From contig OX597824.1 in the NCBI GenBank assembly GCA_951406725.2, forward strand, positions 58,218,001 through 58,282,000: DNA of 64,000 bases, read 5' to 3'. Position 1 is the stretch's first letter, and each line of letters opens with the position of its first letter. Of the stretch, positions 1-13,839 are shown piece by piece. Source of the stretch: Octopus vulgaris (taxonomy: Eukaryota). The position numbers and the translations under genes were made by a program. The notes beneath the pieces were generated by a model. The model saw nothing but the letters and a program-made list of their open reading frames with translations. It was not told the origin of the DNA and made no database searches.

Positions 1-228
1 TGGTGGCCTACACTAGATAAGATTGTCTTTATACTTCTTTTCTTTGTCTTCTATATCTCCCTCTTACCACTCTGTATTTCACCCATTCCTTATAGTTTCA
101 CTTCTTGTCGCTTTTTCTTCATATTTCTTCCGTTTCTGTTTTCATGTTCTTTTTTCTAGTTACTTAATTTTCGTTATTGGTTATTGTTGTTTTTCTTTCA
201 TATTTGCTTTACACATATACATGTGTTT

Positions 229-273
<45 letters not shown>

Positions 274-900
274 TACATGTATATACACGCATATGGGTGT
301 ATGTGCGTGTGATCCGTCGTTGATTTTTTTCTTCCATTTTTCTATAATTGTTTTATACACCTTAGTACATATACTAATGTGTGATGATGTTTACTCAGTT
401 TTGACATCTGAAAGAGGCCTCCTTGCTATTGTTATTTAACGAAGAACCATTTACTTATATCTACACGCACATACATATACATCTAAATAGCTACATACGG
501 CACTAAATACATATAAATATATGCTTGCATATGTCAATGTGCGTGAAGGTGAGTGTCTGTGTAAGCGATAGAAGCACAACCTAGGCAGAACAAACACAGT
601 TCATTTAAGCGATATATTAAATCACTGAGGTAACGCAACGATTCAGCCGGTGGTCGGTGCTATGAATTTATGTAGATGTGAATTAAAAAAGGTGCAAGCA
701 TGAATCTCAAATATACTATATAAAATATAAGGAATATTTGTTAGATTCTTGGTTACTCATTCACTTTGTCAGCTGCTGTTGAATCAAACATAGTTGCTTG
801 TGCGTGTGCATGTCTTTGTTTCTCTCTCCTCCACCCCTCGCGCTCTCTCAATCTATTTCCATCATTCCCTTGCCATTACAGCGTTTGATATATATGTATA

Positions 901-1740
901 TACGTTTAATCCGGCACTTTATTTAGACCTCCCCCTCTTCCACGGTCTACGTTTAATCTGGCACTTTGGCTACACCAACCTCTCCTCCACGGACTAGGTT
1001 ATATACATACGGACAGATACCGAGAATCTACAGTACATTGGGCCAGGAAACTATGCTACTCCTCTGCAGGACATTTGTCACACTACACCTTTGCATAAAT
1101 AGCAGAATTTGAGGTAAATCAGAGATAGTACACGAGGAACATTGCTGAGTTACTAGGAGAAAGTAAAGTAGCTACGACTCTACTCACTGGAGCGAAGACC
1201 AGAGCGGTACACAGTGCTATATCAATGGAGGATACTAAACGGGCTGGCACCTTCGTCTGCAATTCTGTTATACCATACTTTCAAATGAAGGTCACGTCTC
1301 CGTTCCAACAGTCCCAGCTGCCTCGTCTGGGGAAGGAATATGTACTGCAATAGCTTGGGATTTATACGTTACTTAGTCTAGACTGGGCCCTTGCGCGGAC
1401 AACATTTAATCCACCACTTTGTCTAGACCCCCACTCGTGCAGGGATGGCGTTTAGTGCGGCACTTTCACTAGAATCCACCTTCTCCACGGACTACGTTTA
1501 ATCCGGCCCTTTGGCTAGACTCCCCCTCCTCCATAGAGTATGTTTTATTCTACACTTTAGCTAGACTTGCCACTCCTCCACGGATAACGTTATAAATATG
1601 GCCAAATTCCGACAACCTTCAGTGCAAGTCACTAGGAAACTATACTAGTCCTCTGTAGGACATTTGTCCTTAGCCGTCTAGAATAATGCTCTCAACACGT
1701 TTAATCCTGCACTTTGGTAGACCGTCCCCTCATCCACGAT
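901..1740 (+). repeat. ~46-47 bp minisatellite (TACGTTTAATCCGGCACTTTGGCTAGACTCCCCCTCCTCCACGGAC-like), about 8 copies in three blocks interleaved with LINE fragments
   Basis: Unit visible at ~901, 948, (partial ~1365), 1402, 1449, 1493, 1539 and 1698. Blocks are separated by LINE-derived pieces at ~1015-1363 and ~1605-1695. Confidence 0.85.
1015..1363 (+). mobile_element. Degenerate CR1/L2-like LINE fragment (post-RT C-terminal region)
   Basis: Colinear with 29853-30245: CCAGGAAACTATG..GGACATTTGTC, CTGGAGCGAAGAC..GAG.GGTAC, GTTCCAA.AGTCCCAGCTG, TACTGCAATAGCTTGG. Confidence 0.75.
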
Positions 1741-1933
1741 GTATATACATATACACATATATTTATCTATATATGAATGTGTCTATACACAGTATCTATC
1801 ATTGTGGTCGCTGGTGCAGTCTGGTTAGGGGTCACTGTGAACTGATTTAGTGTGTTTACGCTTATCTGCCTACAGCGAGAAATTCTCTGCAGTACAAAAT
1901 ACAGTGAATGGCTTTCTTACGGGTTCGAATATG

Positions 1934-2236
1934 CCTCAAGCATAGTTGAAAAGGTAACAAGTTTGTATTCACACAAATCACTGCTTAGCACTTTCATTCT
2001 GTATACAAACATACATAGATGCATACATGTATACACGCCTACATGTATACATGCATACATACATGCATGCATGCATGCATACATACATACATACATACAT
2101 ACATACATACGTACGTACTTACATACATACATAATACATACATACATGTATGTATGTGTGTATGTATACAGAATGAAAGTGTTAAGCAGTGATTTGTATA
2201 AATACAAAGTTGTTACCATTTCAAATATGGCTGAGG
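1934..2236. repeat. Inverted repeat, ~74-bp arms (1934-2007 / 2163-2236) around a (CATA)n-type microsatellite
   Basis: CAAATCACTGCTTAGCACTTTCATTCTGTATACA versus TGTATACAGAATGAAAGTGTTAAGCAGTGATTTG. The ORF track shows YRMKVLSSDL on both strands. Confidence 0.9.
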
Positions 2237-2238
2237 TG

Positions 2239-2291
<53 letters not shown>

Positions 2292-2832
2292 CCAGCGATG
2301 TAACTCACTAACTAAATATATTTATGCTCGTTCTTACCTCTTTCTAAAAAAAAAGAAGAATGGTGATGACACGAAAGCAAATTGTTGTACCATTTAGCCC
2401 TAAGATAGTACTACAAGAATATAGAAACTACAGGACATATCCTACGAATGGCTTAGCTAGCCATTGTCCTTCTTACTTAACGATTTCGCTACATCGCAAT
2501 AAATTCACAACAATGTAAGTTAAACTAGTTTCCTTTTTTTTTTTAATGAAAAATGAAGCCTCATCCATCATTTCATTGAAGGACTTCCCATCAAATATCG
2601 AGTTTATAAAGAATTGAAAATAAGGAAGAATTTAATTTTTTTATTATTACATTTCTTCTACTTCTCACAGGATGTTTATATATATATATATGTATATACA
2701 ATGTTCACGCTTGAGCTATTTTTTACAGTATAATACAAAGGCGTCCCTTGTGCTGAATTCGTTCCAGATGTTAAATTTTACATATAATCTGTATTCTTTT
2801 CATAAATCTCGCATGTGTGTGTGCTGGTCTGT

Positions 2833-2889
<57 letters not shown>

Positions 2890-3189
2890 TACAAACATGC
2901 ACGCGAGCGCACACACACCCTGCCTCACGTAGATTCTTATGATAATGCTTTATATTTTAGAATATTAAATGTCTCGGCAAAATGCCTGTCAAAATTTGAT
3001 ACCCTCCAACAACAATAACAACAATAGAAACAGCAATGATAAATCTGTGTAAATATTTTATTAAATTTTTTTTTATGTTTTGGTAAATTTTATTCTTAAA
3101 AAATTTGATGTTCTACTTCATTTTAGCAAAGAAATTTATAGAATGCATTTTTGTTTTCAAAGTGGTTACGGCTTGATTTTAAACACACC

Positions 3190-3256
<67 letters not shown>

Positions 3257-3678
3257 TCACGTACGCTGTTGTATGTATGCACGTGTGTGTATGTGTATAT
3301 ATATATATATATATATACTTACACATATTTGCATGTGTGTATGTGTGTGACCATGTGCGCGCGGAGAACAGGTCTGCATTAAGCCATGTATTGAATGCAA
3401 AAGGTATTCTTATTTTATCTTTCTTCTCAAGGCTTTTTCATATTTTCAAAGAAGTTCCTTGCACTTTGTTTCGGATAGTAAAGTTTTTAAGTACATCAAC
3501 GATATTTCTAGTCTTTCATAGCCTTATCATCAGGATTAAACAGTGTGACATCTCTCTTGCTGTCATAGCAAAACTTCTAAGTGCCACTCTTTATTGTTCA
3601 CCAATAAATACATACATTCTTCCCCTCACTCATATGTGTGGATATGTGATTGTAAGAACGCACACACACTCTCTCCCC

Positions 3679-3710
<32 letters not shown>

Positions 3711-4083
3711 TCTCTGTCTCTGTCTGTCTCTCTCTCTCTCTCTCACATACATAATATACGTTCATGTGTTTGTAGATTTACGCAAGTACATATGAACGCA
3801 CAAACAGCCACAAACTTGATGATATATTTTGCGTTTCATAATTTTGCCTATTGTCTCTCTATATTATGTTATATGTAAATCCATTCATTTACACCAGCTT
3901 AGCTAGTAACATTTCTCCATTTGATTGCATAAATTAAGGTAATGCTGTCCCTGTTCTCTAGTCTATTCTCGACCATGATGTAACAAACCTTTAATGAAAG
4001 GCCTTCTTAACATGAATATCTATCCCCTCCAATCCAGGCATGCTGTATGAAGTACAATAGCCTTCAATGTGTGCTTTTATTTT

Positions 4084-4240
4084 TGTCTTTACGTTCTGAG
4101 TTCAAATTCCGCCGAACTCGCCTTTGTCTTTCATCCTTTCTGGGTCGATAGAATAAGTACCAATTGAACAATGGGGGTTGATGTAATCGACTTACTCTTT
4201 CTCCCAAGATTGCTGGCCTTGTGCCAGAATTTGAAGCCAT
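4084..4240 (+). mobile_element. tRNA-derived SINE family A, 5'-truncated
   Basis: GTTCTGAGTTCAAATTCCGCCGA (B-box-like) then CTTTCATCCTTTC.GGGTCGATA..ATAAGTACCA. Matches 17165-17380. Confidence 0.85.
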
Positions 4241-6277
4241 TGACAAGGTTCGTTTCGTCGGCGATTTGCTTGATATTTGTTACAAGACCTTGCAGAGAAT
4301 TGGTTCACATCTTTAACACAATCAACGGTCTCTTGTATGTAAATGAATTTTCCAACAGGGGCCCAAATCTTTGAAAAGCCTGTTAACTTAAACAAATTTC
4401 GATCTTCACCCAGCGACCTCAAGACCTCTCCCTACTATTTATGTGAAACCCCAGCATTTCATAGAGCAAATCACTGACTTAGATGCTTCTTTTGGACTCG
4501 TGCTTCAAGTAGTTATTTAATACAGACTCAACTTCATTCGAACGACAATCAAAAACATTCCACTTGTGACCAGTCTTACCTTTAATATATTCGGGACACT
4601 ATTGCGACATTCCCTTTAAAGCCGATAGGCTGTAACTGACTGTTATTTTTCGCCGGCCTTGGTTCCTACTACAAGACATTTGTTTTAGTGGTGGGGTTTT
4701 TATTTATTTATTTATTTACTTATTTATTTATTTATTTATTTATTCATATATTTATTTTAGCCACAGATCTTTAGTATTATTCCTGCCTAACGTTTTATTT
4801 CCCATTAAGAAATCATTTGACTGCGTGACAAATTTTATGTAACATACATGCCTATAATAAACACACACACACACACACACAAGCATATACACATACACGC
4901 ATAAACATAAACACTCATGTACACGCATACACACATACACGCGCACACGTGGCCGTTTACACGCTGTGGTTATTACGATACTGTGTGTAGCATGAATTTT
5001 GAGGCGAAACCTATTTGGGAATATAAAGTGCAGCGAAACGTAACTGGATCGATACAGTTTGTATCTTGGTGTCGGTGTTGTCGTCATCATCGTTATCACC
5101 GTCATCATCATCACTGCCGTCATCGTCGTCGTTATCGTGTTCTTCTTTGTATCATCAACAGACAACAGCTGTTAGGTTTGTTCACAAATGACTTTTAGAT
5201 GTCTATCAAAATAGACGCATCTATTCATGTTTGTGCACGTGTGCGTGTGTTTGTATGTGTTTGTGTGTGTGCGTGTGTGTGTGTTAGCATGTGTGCTTGT
5301 GTGCGCGCAATTGTCCTTGTGTGTGTCTTCATGTGTGCTTGTGTGTGAATGTATGTCTATGCAATTGTACATGCATGTATGAATGTATGGTTGTGTTGAC
5401 AGAAACTAGCATTAAATATTTATGTTCCAGTGTAGAAGCACTTACATTCACAGGAGCACACATATATGCACACACACAGGCACACATGCATATGCGTATG
5501 TTAGTGTATATTGTAATGTGTGTATATATGTGTGTACTTTTGTCTATGCATACATACAGTTATCCATTTTACTTATGCATGTTGTGTATCCTAGTATTTT
5601 ATATATGTATCTACGTATGGATGGATTTATGTATTTATGTATGAGTGTGAGTGCGTATGAATACAAATATAAACACACACACGCACACGTACACACATAT
5701 AAATATACATATATGTATATCTATGTATACCTACGTGTATTAGAGTAGGTAAAGATACATGCACATAAGTGTACATATATATGTACGAAATATAGACGCA
5801 TTTACGAACATATATACATACATAAACAACGCAAAGTTAAGAAACATTATTCTAATTAACAAATAACGAAATGCTTAGCCTTGGACACATCTTAGGTTGT
5901 CTCCCTTACAAGAAAATTTTAATTTAAAATTATGTTACTGAGAATTCTTCAGGTGTTCATGGTTTTGGGTATTGTACCGCTGGTAAACGGGTCTCCACGG
6001 CTATGGAATTGGGTTTAGGATTCTTTTTGGCCTCAATACTGTACAACCATGAAGATCTGTCTTCAAATGGCGCTAATTACACCTGTTTTCCGCTGATATT
6101 TTAACATTTTAACATTCATCTACACCTGCTATAATTCACTTCGAAAACAAACACTCCTCTCATTTTTAAACAGATAAAGATTAGAGATTTGTAATGGTCG
6201 AATACAAAACTAAATAAACACGAACATATTTCCTGCTCTTATCATCGTCTAGTGAGTGTGTGTGTATATATATATAA

Positions 6278-6305
6278 TGAAAGAAGCCCGTCGTATATAT
6301 ATCGT

Positions 6306-6381
<76 letters not shown>

Positions 6382-6600
6382 TGTATGTATATATATATAT
6401 ATATATATATACATATATACATCTATATATATCTGTGTGTGTGTCTGTTCACAGTACCACTTGACAACTGGTGTTAGGGGTTCGGCAAAAGGGACAGATA
6501 GAATAAGTACTAGGGTCGATTCATTCAACTAAAAGTTCGTCAAAGCGATGCCCTAGCACGGCCGCAGTCTAATGGCTGAAACAAGTTAAAGATAAAAGAT
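6278..6600 (+). mobile_element. SINE family B, 3' part with internal microsatellite
   Basis: GAAAGAAGCCCGTCG-(TA/TG)n-CTTGACAAC.GGTG..GGTTCGGCAAAAG..GGCCGCAGTCTAATGGCTGAAACAAG. Same as 53123-53515 and 63444-63696. Confidence 0.8.
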
Positions 6601-6953
6601 AATATATATGTATGTATATATATATATAAAATCTTAAACGTTAGGATTTCAATATGGGCATGATTGAATCACTGAACTCATTAAAACAATATTAAACCCA
6701 TCCCTCTTACAATCCCCCAGTAAAACGATTTACCGCCGTCGATAATCATTTGTAAATGCTATTCTATGTAATGCGATAATTGTTTAATGTTAAAATATTT
6801 AACCCACGTCATTTAATCCAAATTTCTTCTTCTTATCAGGATCGATAACTCATCTCAACCTGTCTCCTTATTCCTGCCGCCATATTTTTGCGGACTACGT
6901 TTTAACGACTTTTGTTGAACCATAAAAGTAGTTATTTTGTAACTGTGTACAAC

Positions 6954-7010
<57 letters not shown>

Positions 7011-7436
7011 CTCTTCGCTTGTGTTTATATATATCTTTATATTTGTATGTATTTGTCAGTGTGCTTGTATACTTATTATGTACGTGTGCATGTGTATATG
7101 TACGCGTGTGACTGCCTGTGTTCAGAGCTTATGTATGTCTCCATGAATGTGTGTGTGTATGTGTGTATGTGTGTGTGTGTCTGTGGTTGTGTGAGTGTGT
7201 GGTTGTGTGAGTGTCTGTCTATGCTGTTAATATATATATGTGAGCTGTCTACCTGTCTGTCTTCAAGTTTTAATGATTGTTATAGCTTAATCATACTTCT
7301 TAATATCATGTGGTAGAACTTTGGTGTGAATGAGGAAGCCGTATTATATGGGGACATTAATTTTTCCAATGTTACATAGTTTAACAAGGACCTTTCAGTA
7401 TGACTACAACCCACCCGTAACTCCAATGATCGTCCA

Positions 7437-7439
<3 letters not shown>

Positions 7440-7512
<73 letters not shown>
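7440..7512. repeat. (TAT)n microsatellite
   Basis: Perfect trinucleotide run. Confidence 0.95.
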
Positions 7513-7513
<1 letters not shown>

Positions 7514-8049
7514 TCCCTTTAAATATTTTAAAACGCTGACTCACTCCCCTATCAATTGATGTTTTAACAATATAGAAGTATCAATTTATCGAGATGAATA
7601 TCTGTGTAAAGATATTCGTAGTTATTTTAATCAAACACTTTGATTGTTGTTGTTATTACACACGTTAGCCATGTCAAACAAATTTGGGGTAAAAGATCTA
7701 CCGAACTGACTATTCCGCCCGTTCTGGACTTTACAGGAACTTATTTATTTAAGAAATCCCTTCTCCCTTTGCTCTCATTAAATTGGCAGTGTAATTTGAA
7801 AGAGATTTGGCTGTAATTTCTAACAGGAGGAGCAACCATGTAAAAGCAACTTTTGGTTGTTTCAAAAAGCTGGCAATGTCACGAAATACATTCGAAGGAA
7901 CAAGAAGATTAAGACCAAAATGTTAAATGCAAAAAACAATAAAGTTAAATAAAATACGTAAACGAAATGTCTCTCAAAGAATCCTTAACCATATTAATTT
8001 CGTATCAAAGTAATCTTCCACATTACTGTAACCACCAACATGCTATATT

Positions 8050-8235
8050 TGAATAAACTTGGCGAGAAGGGTCAACATTCTATGAGATGCTACCCTGCAG
8101 CAGATGTAACTTCTTTTCAGCTGAGTAGATTGGAGCCACGTGGACTAAAATACATTGCTCAAATGACAAAACATGTCGAGAAATCATTCCTACAATCTGA
8201 TGATCGTGACTCGAACAGTCAAAGCACTCAGCAGA
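8050..8235 (-). mobile_element. Old tRNA-derived SINE (CORE-like), degenerate
   Basis: Resembles 41365-41595 (TGGAGC.ACGTG.A.T.AA.TA..TTGCTCA...GACA.AAC; GATC.CGA). Confidence 0.5.
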
Positions 8236-8802
8236 CATGCACCTAATTGAATTAGTCAATAGAAATAATACGAGGTGTTTCCCGTGCCAAAGAAGGGTTT
8301 TATTTGGACTTGCCAGAAATAACAGCCAAGTCACACCCTAGAGAAAAAATGACGTGATGGCTACGGGTGAATATCTTTTGATCACAAGTCAGTTCAGTCA
8401 ATGCCGATTTGGTGTTAAACGGCAACAATAACAAGAAGTAAAAGTTTCGTTTTACACAGGCGACCATATTGTTTAATGGTTTATTTCTCACGAGATACTA
8501 TGTATATTCCGTTGTGTAAGTGTATAGACTTCATTTATTGAAACCAATTCAACCAAACATAACATACTGTATACACACTGGATATATTCAGCAGGAGAAT
8601 AGATAATTCACTGCGATTCCTTTCTTCTTCAACCATTTATCTCATCGTAAAAATTAATGACCAATTATGGTTCCCTCTTGGGAATTGAGAAACATTCTTT
8701 TCTAAAGGCAGACAAACAACTCAAAATATTTACTATTTACATTCTCAGTAGAGTTCCTACAAAATGAACACGCCTTTTCATATTTAGTGTGTGTGTGTGT
8801 GT

Positions 8803-8844
<42 letters not shown>

Positions 8845-9228
8845 GTCACTGATTCACACGGCTATTTAGTATGTATTTTGTTTTTGTTTGTATGACTATA
8901 ACATTCAAAGTGCAGAGTGGATAATACATCAGACTATCACATGGTGAATCATTAGCTTATATCATACGGAGGTGTGGAAATAAGACACTTAATTCTATAC
9001 CCACAATTCACCTATCTGTTAGCGAAATATACACAAGAGAGAATGTCGCAATCCAAAGCTGTGCATTCATCTTTGCTCTGCTTAACGCTTCTGAAACTGA
9101 GGTAAAGAACTGCCGTGAATGCAATAGACATACAAATATTCATTCATTTGAGGCTGAAACTTTCAGCAGACATACGCATTTAGTCATACGTACGCACACT
9201 TGCACACACACACACACACACACGCGCG

Positions 9229-9278
<50 letters not shown>

Positions 9279-9688
9279 AACTCATATATTTAAAATTTTT
9301 TATTATATTACACAAATAAAAGGTATTGTCAATTTAATAATTTTAAAAGCAATTATTCTACAAATGATATCAAGGTATTTTTCTCTTTACAATTATTAGG
9401 CAAGCTTAAAGAAAGAAATAACAGACGTTGATGAACATTACAATTCTGTTAACTGATAAAATCAAATGAAGAACAATTCTGTCTCACATGATGTGTATGT
9501 GTGTGGGGGGCGTGGGTGTGTAGGTGTGTGGGAGCATATAAACATACGCATTTTATTTTGAGATTCTCAAGAGAACTCGGGAAAACATGACGCAGTACAT
9601 GGAGGGCTTGCGATTTTTGCTGATTAATATATTTAATAAACTATGCACAGATAGTCATGATGTATGATGTGTGTGTATATGTATGTTT

Positions 9689-9719
<31 letters not shown>

Positions 9720-9782
9720 ATACGTGTGTGTATACATATGAGCTCATGCATAGATACATGTATGTATACACATAAAACACAC

Positions 9783-9830
<48 letters not shown>

Positions 9831-10302
9831 ACACGTATTTATGTCTCTATAAGAAATGAAAGATAATGATAAAAATAGGGGGAGAAAAAAGATAAAAGAG
9901 AAATAGGAAGAGAGCTAGAGTGAGAGGAGGAGAAAGGAAAGGAAATGGGTGTGGTGGAGTGAGAACAAGATGCAGTCAGATATGAGAAATGACTGGGTGG
10001 TGGTAGCAAAATTAAAAGATCAGGGTAGCGAAGTAGAAATATAAATATAATGCGGGTGGTCCTACGGCGGACACTTAGCAGTTTGTATTCATAAACGTAA
10101 AACCATCAGAACAAGAGTCGCCTTTTGCTTTGGTAGGAAAACATAGCGCTTTAAACATAGACTACTTCAATAACAAACATTTTTTCACAAGTTTTACCTC
10201 TGTCAGAAAAATCCAGAGAGAAGGATATTATAATGAATGAAGAAAGCAATCTCTCTCTCTCCCCTCGCTCTCTTTCTCTTCTTCCCCTCTGTCTTTCTCT
10301 CA

Positions 10303-10336
<34 letters not shown>

Positions 10337-10874
10337 GCAATTACATAGACAATAGATACACATGTCCTTCACAGTAATACATGCCAACTCATCTAAAAAA
10401 CGTGATATTTTTCCAGTGTCATTGATCAATAAATAATTAAAAATCAATTAGAGTTATGAAAACAATGTCTCTTGAGGAATATAGAATAAAATAAAGATAT
10501 CTAAAAACACATCCATACACGGTAGATTTGCATATATAGTACCTTAATCATGAACATGTATGGTATCTTCGTCAGGAACCTAATCTTATAGGTCAATACT
10601 TTGGGGCATACCCCATTATCCGGTTCAAAATAAGAGGGAATTTTACTGTAATACACACACACACGCACGCACGCATGCAAACACACACACACATTGATCC
10701 CCGGATCACCATAGGCCAACACGAAGTGAATAGAGTAAAGCAAAGGAATAGAATGAATGCCTTCATTTACGTAGAAGCAGATTGAAACACCTAAAGTGAC
10801 CGCCTGGATAAGATACAAATTTATGTAAAAACATTTTCTATTGAATCCAAGATATATATATAAATAAATAAATA

Positions 10875-10957
<83 letters not shown>

Positions 10958-11248
10958 AATATATATATATATATGATATGCATCTGTGTTTGTGTGTGTA
11001 ACAAATAACTATAAAATGTGCTATCAATTATATATACTGCAAGGCGAAGATGGCGGTAACTTCTCGTTTTAATTGTTAAACATTCTGTCTTCCGGTGTGT
11101 GAAACAGCCTGAATATAATGACGGCAGCTAATAATCAATTTTCTTTCTTCTTTCTATTTTTTATTTTAATTTTTAGATTCTTAGTTATCATACCACATAA
11201 CAGCCATAACTGTGGATCATTAAAAACTAGAAGATAAGTTTCACACAC

Positions 11249-11340
<92 letters not shown>

Positions 11341-11989
11341 TCACTCACTCACTCACTCACACACACACATACACACACACGTAATGGAGAAAGAAAGAGA
11401 GCTATAATGTAGAGAATGTGATGTATTATATCTTACTTAAGATACCAAGGTAGCATAGTAGCAAGGAAGGGGGAGACGAGGGAATGTATTTCGTTTCAAT
11501 GAAGTTTGTGAGTTTGGATAAATTCATAAAGAAATTTGATATTTCGTGGAATTCTCCTTTGTCTGAGATAGAGAAAGGGAAAGAGAGAGAGAGAGAGGAA
11601 GAAAGAGCGCAATAAAGAAAAAGGTGGGGCGGTTCAACGGAATTAGTAACTCCCCTGTCCTGTATTATATCCACTGTTTACTCGTATAAAATGAAAATGT
11701 ATCTTTGAATCACCTAATAGTCCAAAAATGATTCCAAACCATCAATTGTCAGTTTCTGTTAATCGCTAGATACACAACCTATTAACAGGCTCGTATATAA
11801 CTTATGCAGAAAAATATTTATTTTTTCCCCATTAAATGAGATACATGAAATGAGGCACGAGCAGAACCCTTTAAAATTTCCTAGTGCTTGTGTGAAATAT
11901 ATACATATATATATAGATAGATAGATAGGACATGACTGATCTTGATTATTGGGACCGCCTTAAAACACTGAATTTTTTTTCTCCAGTGC

Positions 11990-12395
11990 CGCCGTAATCG
12001 CTATAACTTTCGCTTAGTGTGGAGAATATGCCACCAGCATTGCTTAAACGACCTTAACATTTAATTCAGAATTAATTTAAGTCTGAGACCACTTGCCATA
12101 CATTCCCTACACAAGTCAGTATCACAACACATAAACTCACTGCTACGTAATTTCTTTTCTTCAATAGACCCTGCTCTTATTTTACACTATCCCAAAACAA
12201 ATCAAGGAAAAGAAGGAAAGCATCACCTTCAAATAAAACCTGGACAAATGCCACCTATACCTGGATGCATCTCAGTCAACCACTACCTACATGAATGGAC
12301 CGTGATGCCACCAAACAGCAAAAAATGACTTAACAAATCCTATCAGGTGGTGGTATTAAGTTAGACATGGTCAGGCCACTGTTTGGCTGAAAAAT
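11990..12395 (+). mobile_element. CR1/L2-like LINE 3' end, degenerate
   Basis: CAGGTGGTGGTATTAAGTTAGACATGGTCAGGCCA..TGGCTGAAA matches the reverse complement of the LINE 3' end at 39001-39056. Confidence 0.7.
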
Positions 12396-12844
12396 ATCTA
12401 AGTTTTATATATATATATATATATATATACACGCGCGCGCGCGCGCGCACACACACATATATATATGTATGTATATATATATATATATATATGTGTATGT
12501 GTGTGTGCATGAATGTGCGTTAATGTTTGGTGTACACAATAGTTGTCAGCCACGTTTCCTTTGTCGTGACAATATCAATGTACCTTCACCTATTGTTGAC
12601 ATGGGTAAAAGGATAAATACGACGAAACACACATTCAGACTCAACGTACTGTCCAACACCCTTACGACCACCCTTACTTCTCCTAAACCTGTCACACCCC
12701 TCAATTCCCGATTCAATCTCATTACACCGAAAATGTGAACTTTTCTAAACGTTATGTCAATCCTTACCGTCCACATACCTCTACACAGCCCTCATTCCAA
12801 TCGCTTTAATAACAACAAACTACACGATGTATATATATATATTC

Positions 12845-13045
12845 TTTTCTTTTATTAACTTTAGTCATTTGACTGCGGCCATGCTGTAGCACCGCCTATT
12901 AGTCGAAAAAATCAGCCCCAGAAGTTATTCTTTGTAAGCCTAGTAGTTATTCTATTGGTTTCTGTTGCCGAACCGCTACGTCACGGGGAAGCAAACACAC
13001 CAACATCGGTTGCCAAGCGCTGGTGTGGGAAAAACAGACACAAAC
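12845..13045 (-). mobile_element. SINE family B, 3' half
   Basis: TCATTTGACTGCGGCCATGCTG.AGCACC..TAGTCGAA..TTGCCGAACCGCTA is the reverse complement of the family B tail. Confidence 0.85.
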
Positions 13046-13049
13046 ATGT

Positions 13050-13105
<56 letters not shown>

Positions 13106-13230
13106 GTATATATGTGTGTGTGTGTGTATGTATGCATATGTGTATCGATATAAATATATGTGTATATATGTATATATATGTGTATATACATATATATATA
13201 TATATCTATGTACATATGTATATATATGTG

Positions 13231-13309
<79 letters not shown>

Positions 13310-13399
13310 GTATATATACTTTAATTGTTCCACGTCCTCGCGTTGCTGTTTTTTTTTCTCTTTTTTTCTGTGTTTTCTTGTTTGGATTAACTATATATG

Positions 13400-13443
<44 letters not shown>

Positions 13444-13503
13444 ACAAGCATTCAGGAATCTGTTTTTAAGACTGCTGTATGTATGTGTCTCTCTCTCTCT
13501 CAG

Positions 13504-13548
<45 letters not shown>

Positions 13549-13655
13549 TACAGATATAGGGTGAAAGATAATTAATTTAATAAAATCAACAAATTTCACC
13601 TAGTAGTATTTCGGTATGGAAAAGGACCATATTCGGTAAAAACTTATACAAAAAG

Positions 13656-13709
<54 letters not shown>

Positions 13710-13802
13710 TTATGTATGTATATATATATATGTATATATATATGCATATATGTATGTATATATGTATATGTATAGATGTATGTATATACATGTATATATT
13801 TG

Positions 13803-13839
<37 letters not shown>

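Noticed and set aside
901-1740. CRISPR-like repeat/spacer appearance
   Set aside because: Eukaryotic context, repeats are mostly directly adjacent and degenerate, the intervening pieces are long and homologous to each other, and there are no cas genes.
3503-3538. Minus-strand CUGAUGA...GAAA..UA spacing like a minimal hammerhead
   Set aside because: Stems I and II do not pair and there is no PLE context, so it is likely chance.
12540-12830. Possible additional Penelope endonuclease C-terminal relic (HTFRLNVL); similar FQLGTFNP at ~24850
   Set aside because: Only a few residues resemble the motif, which is too weak to call without an alignment.
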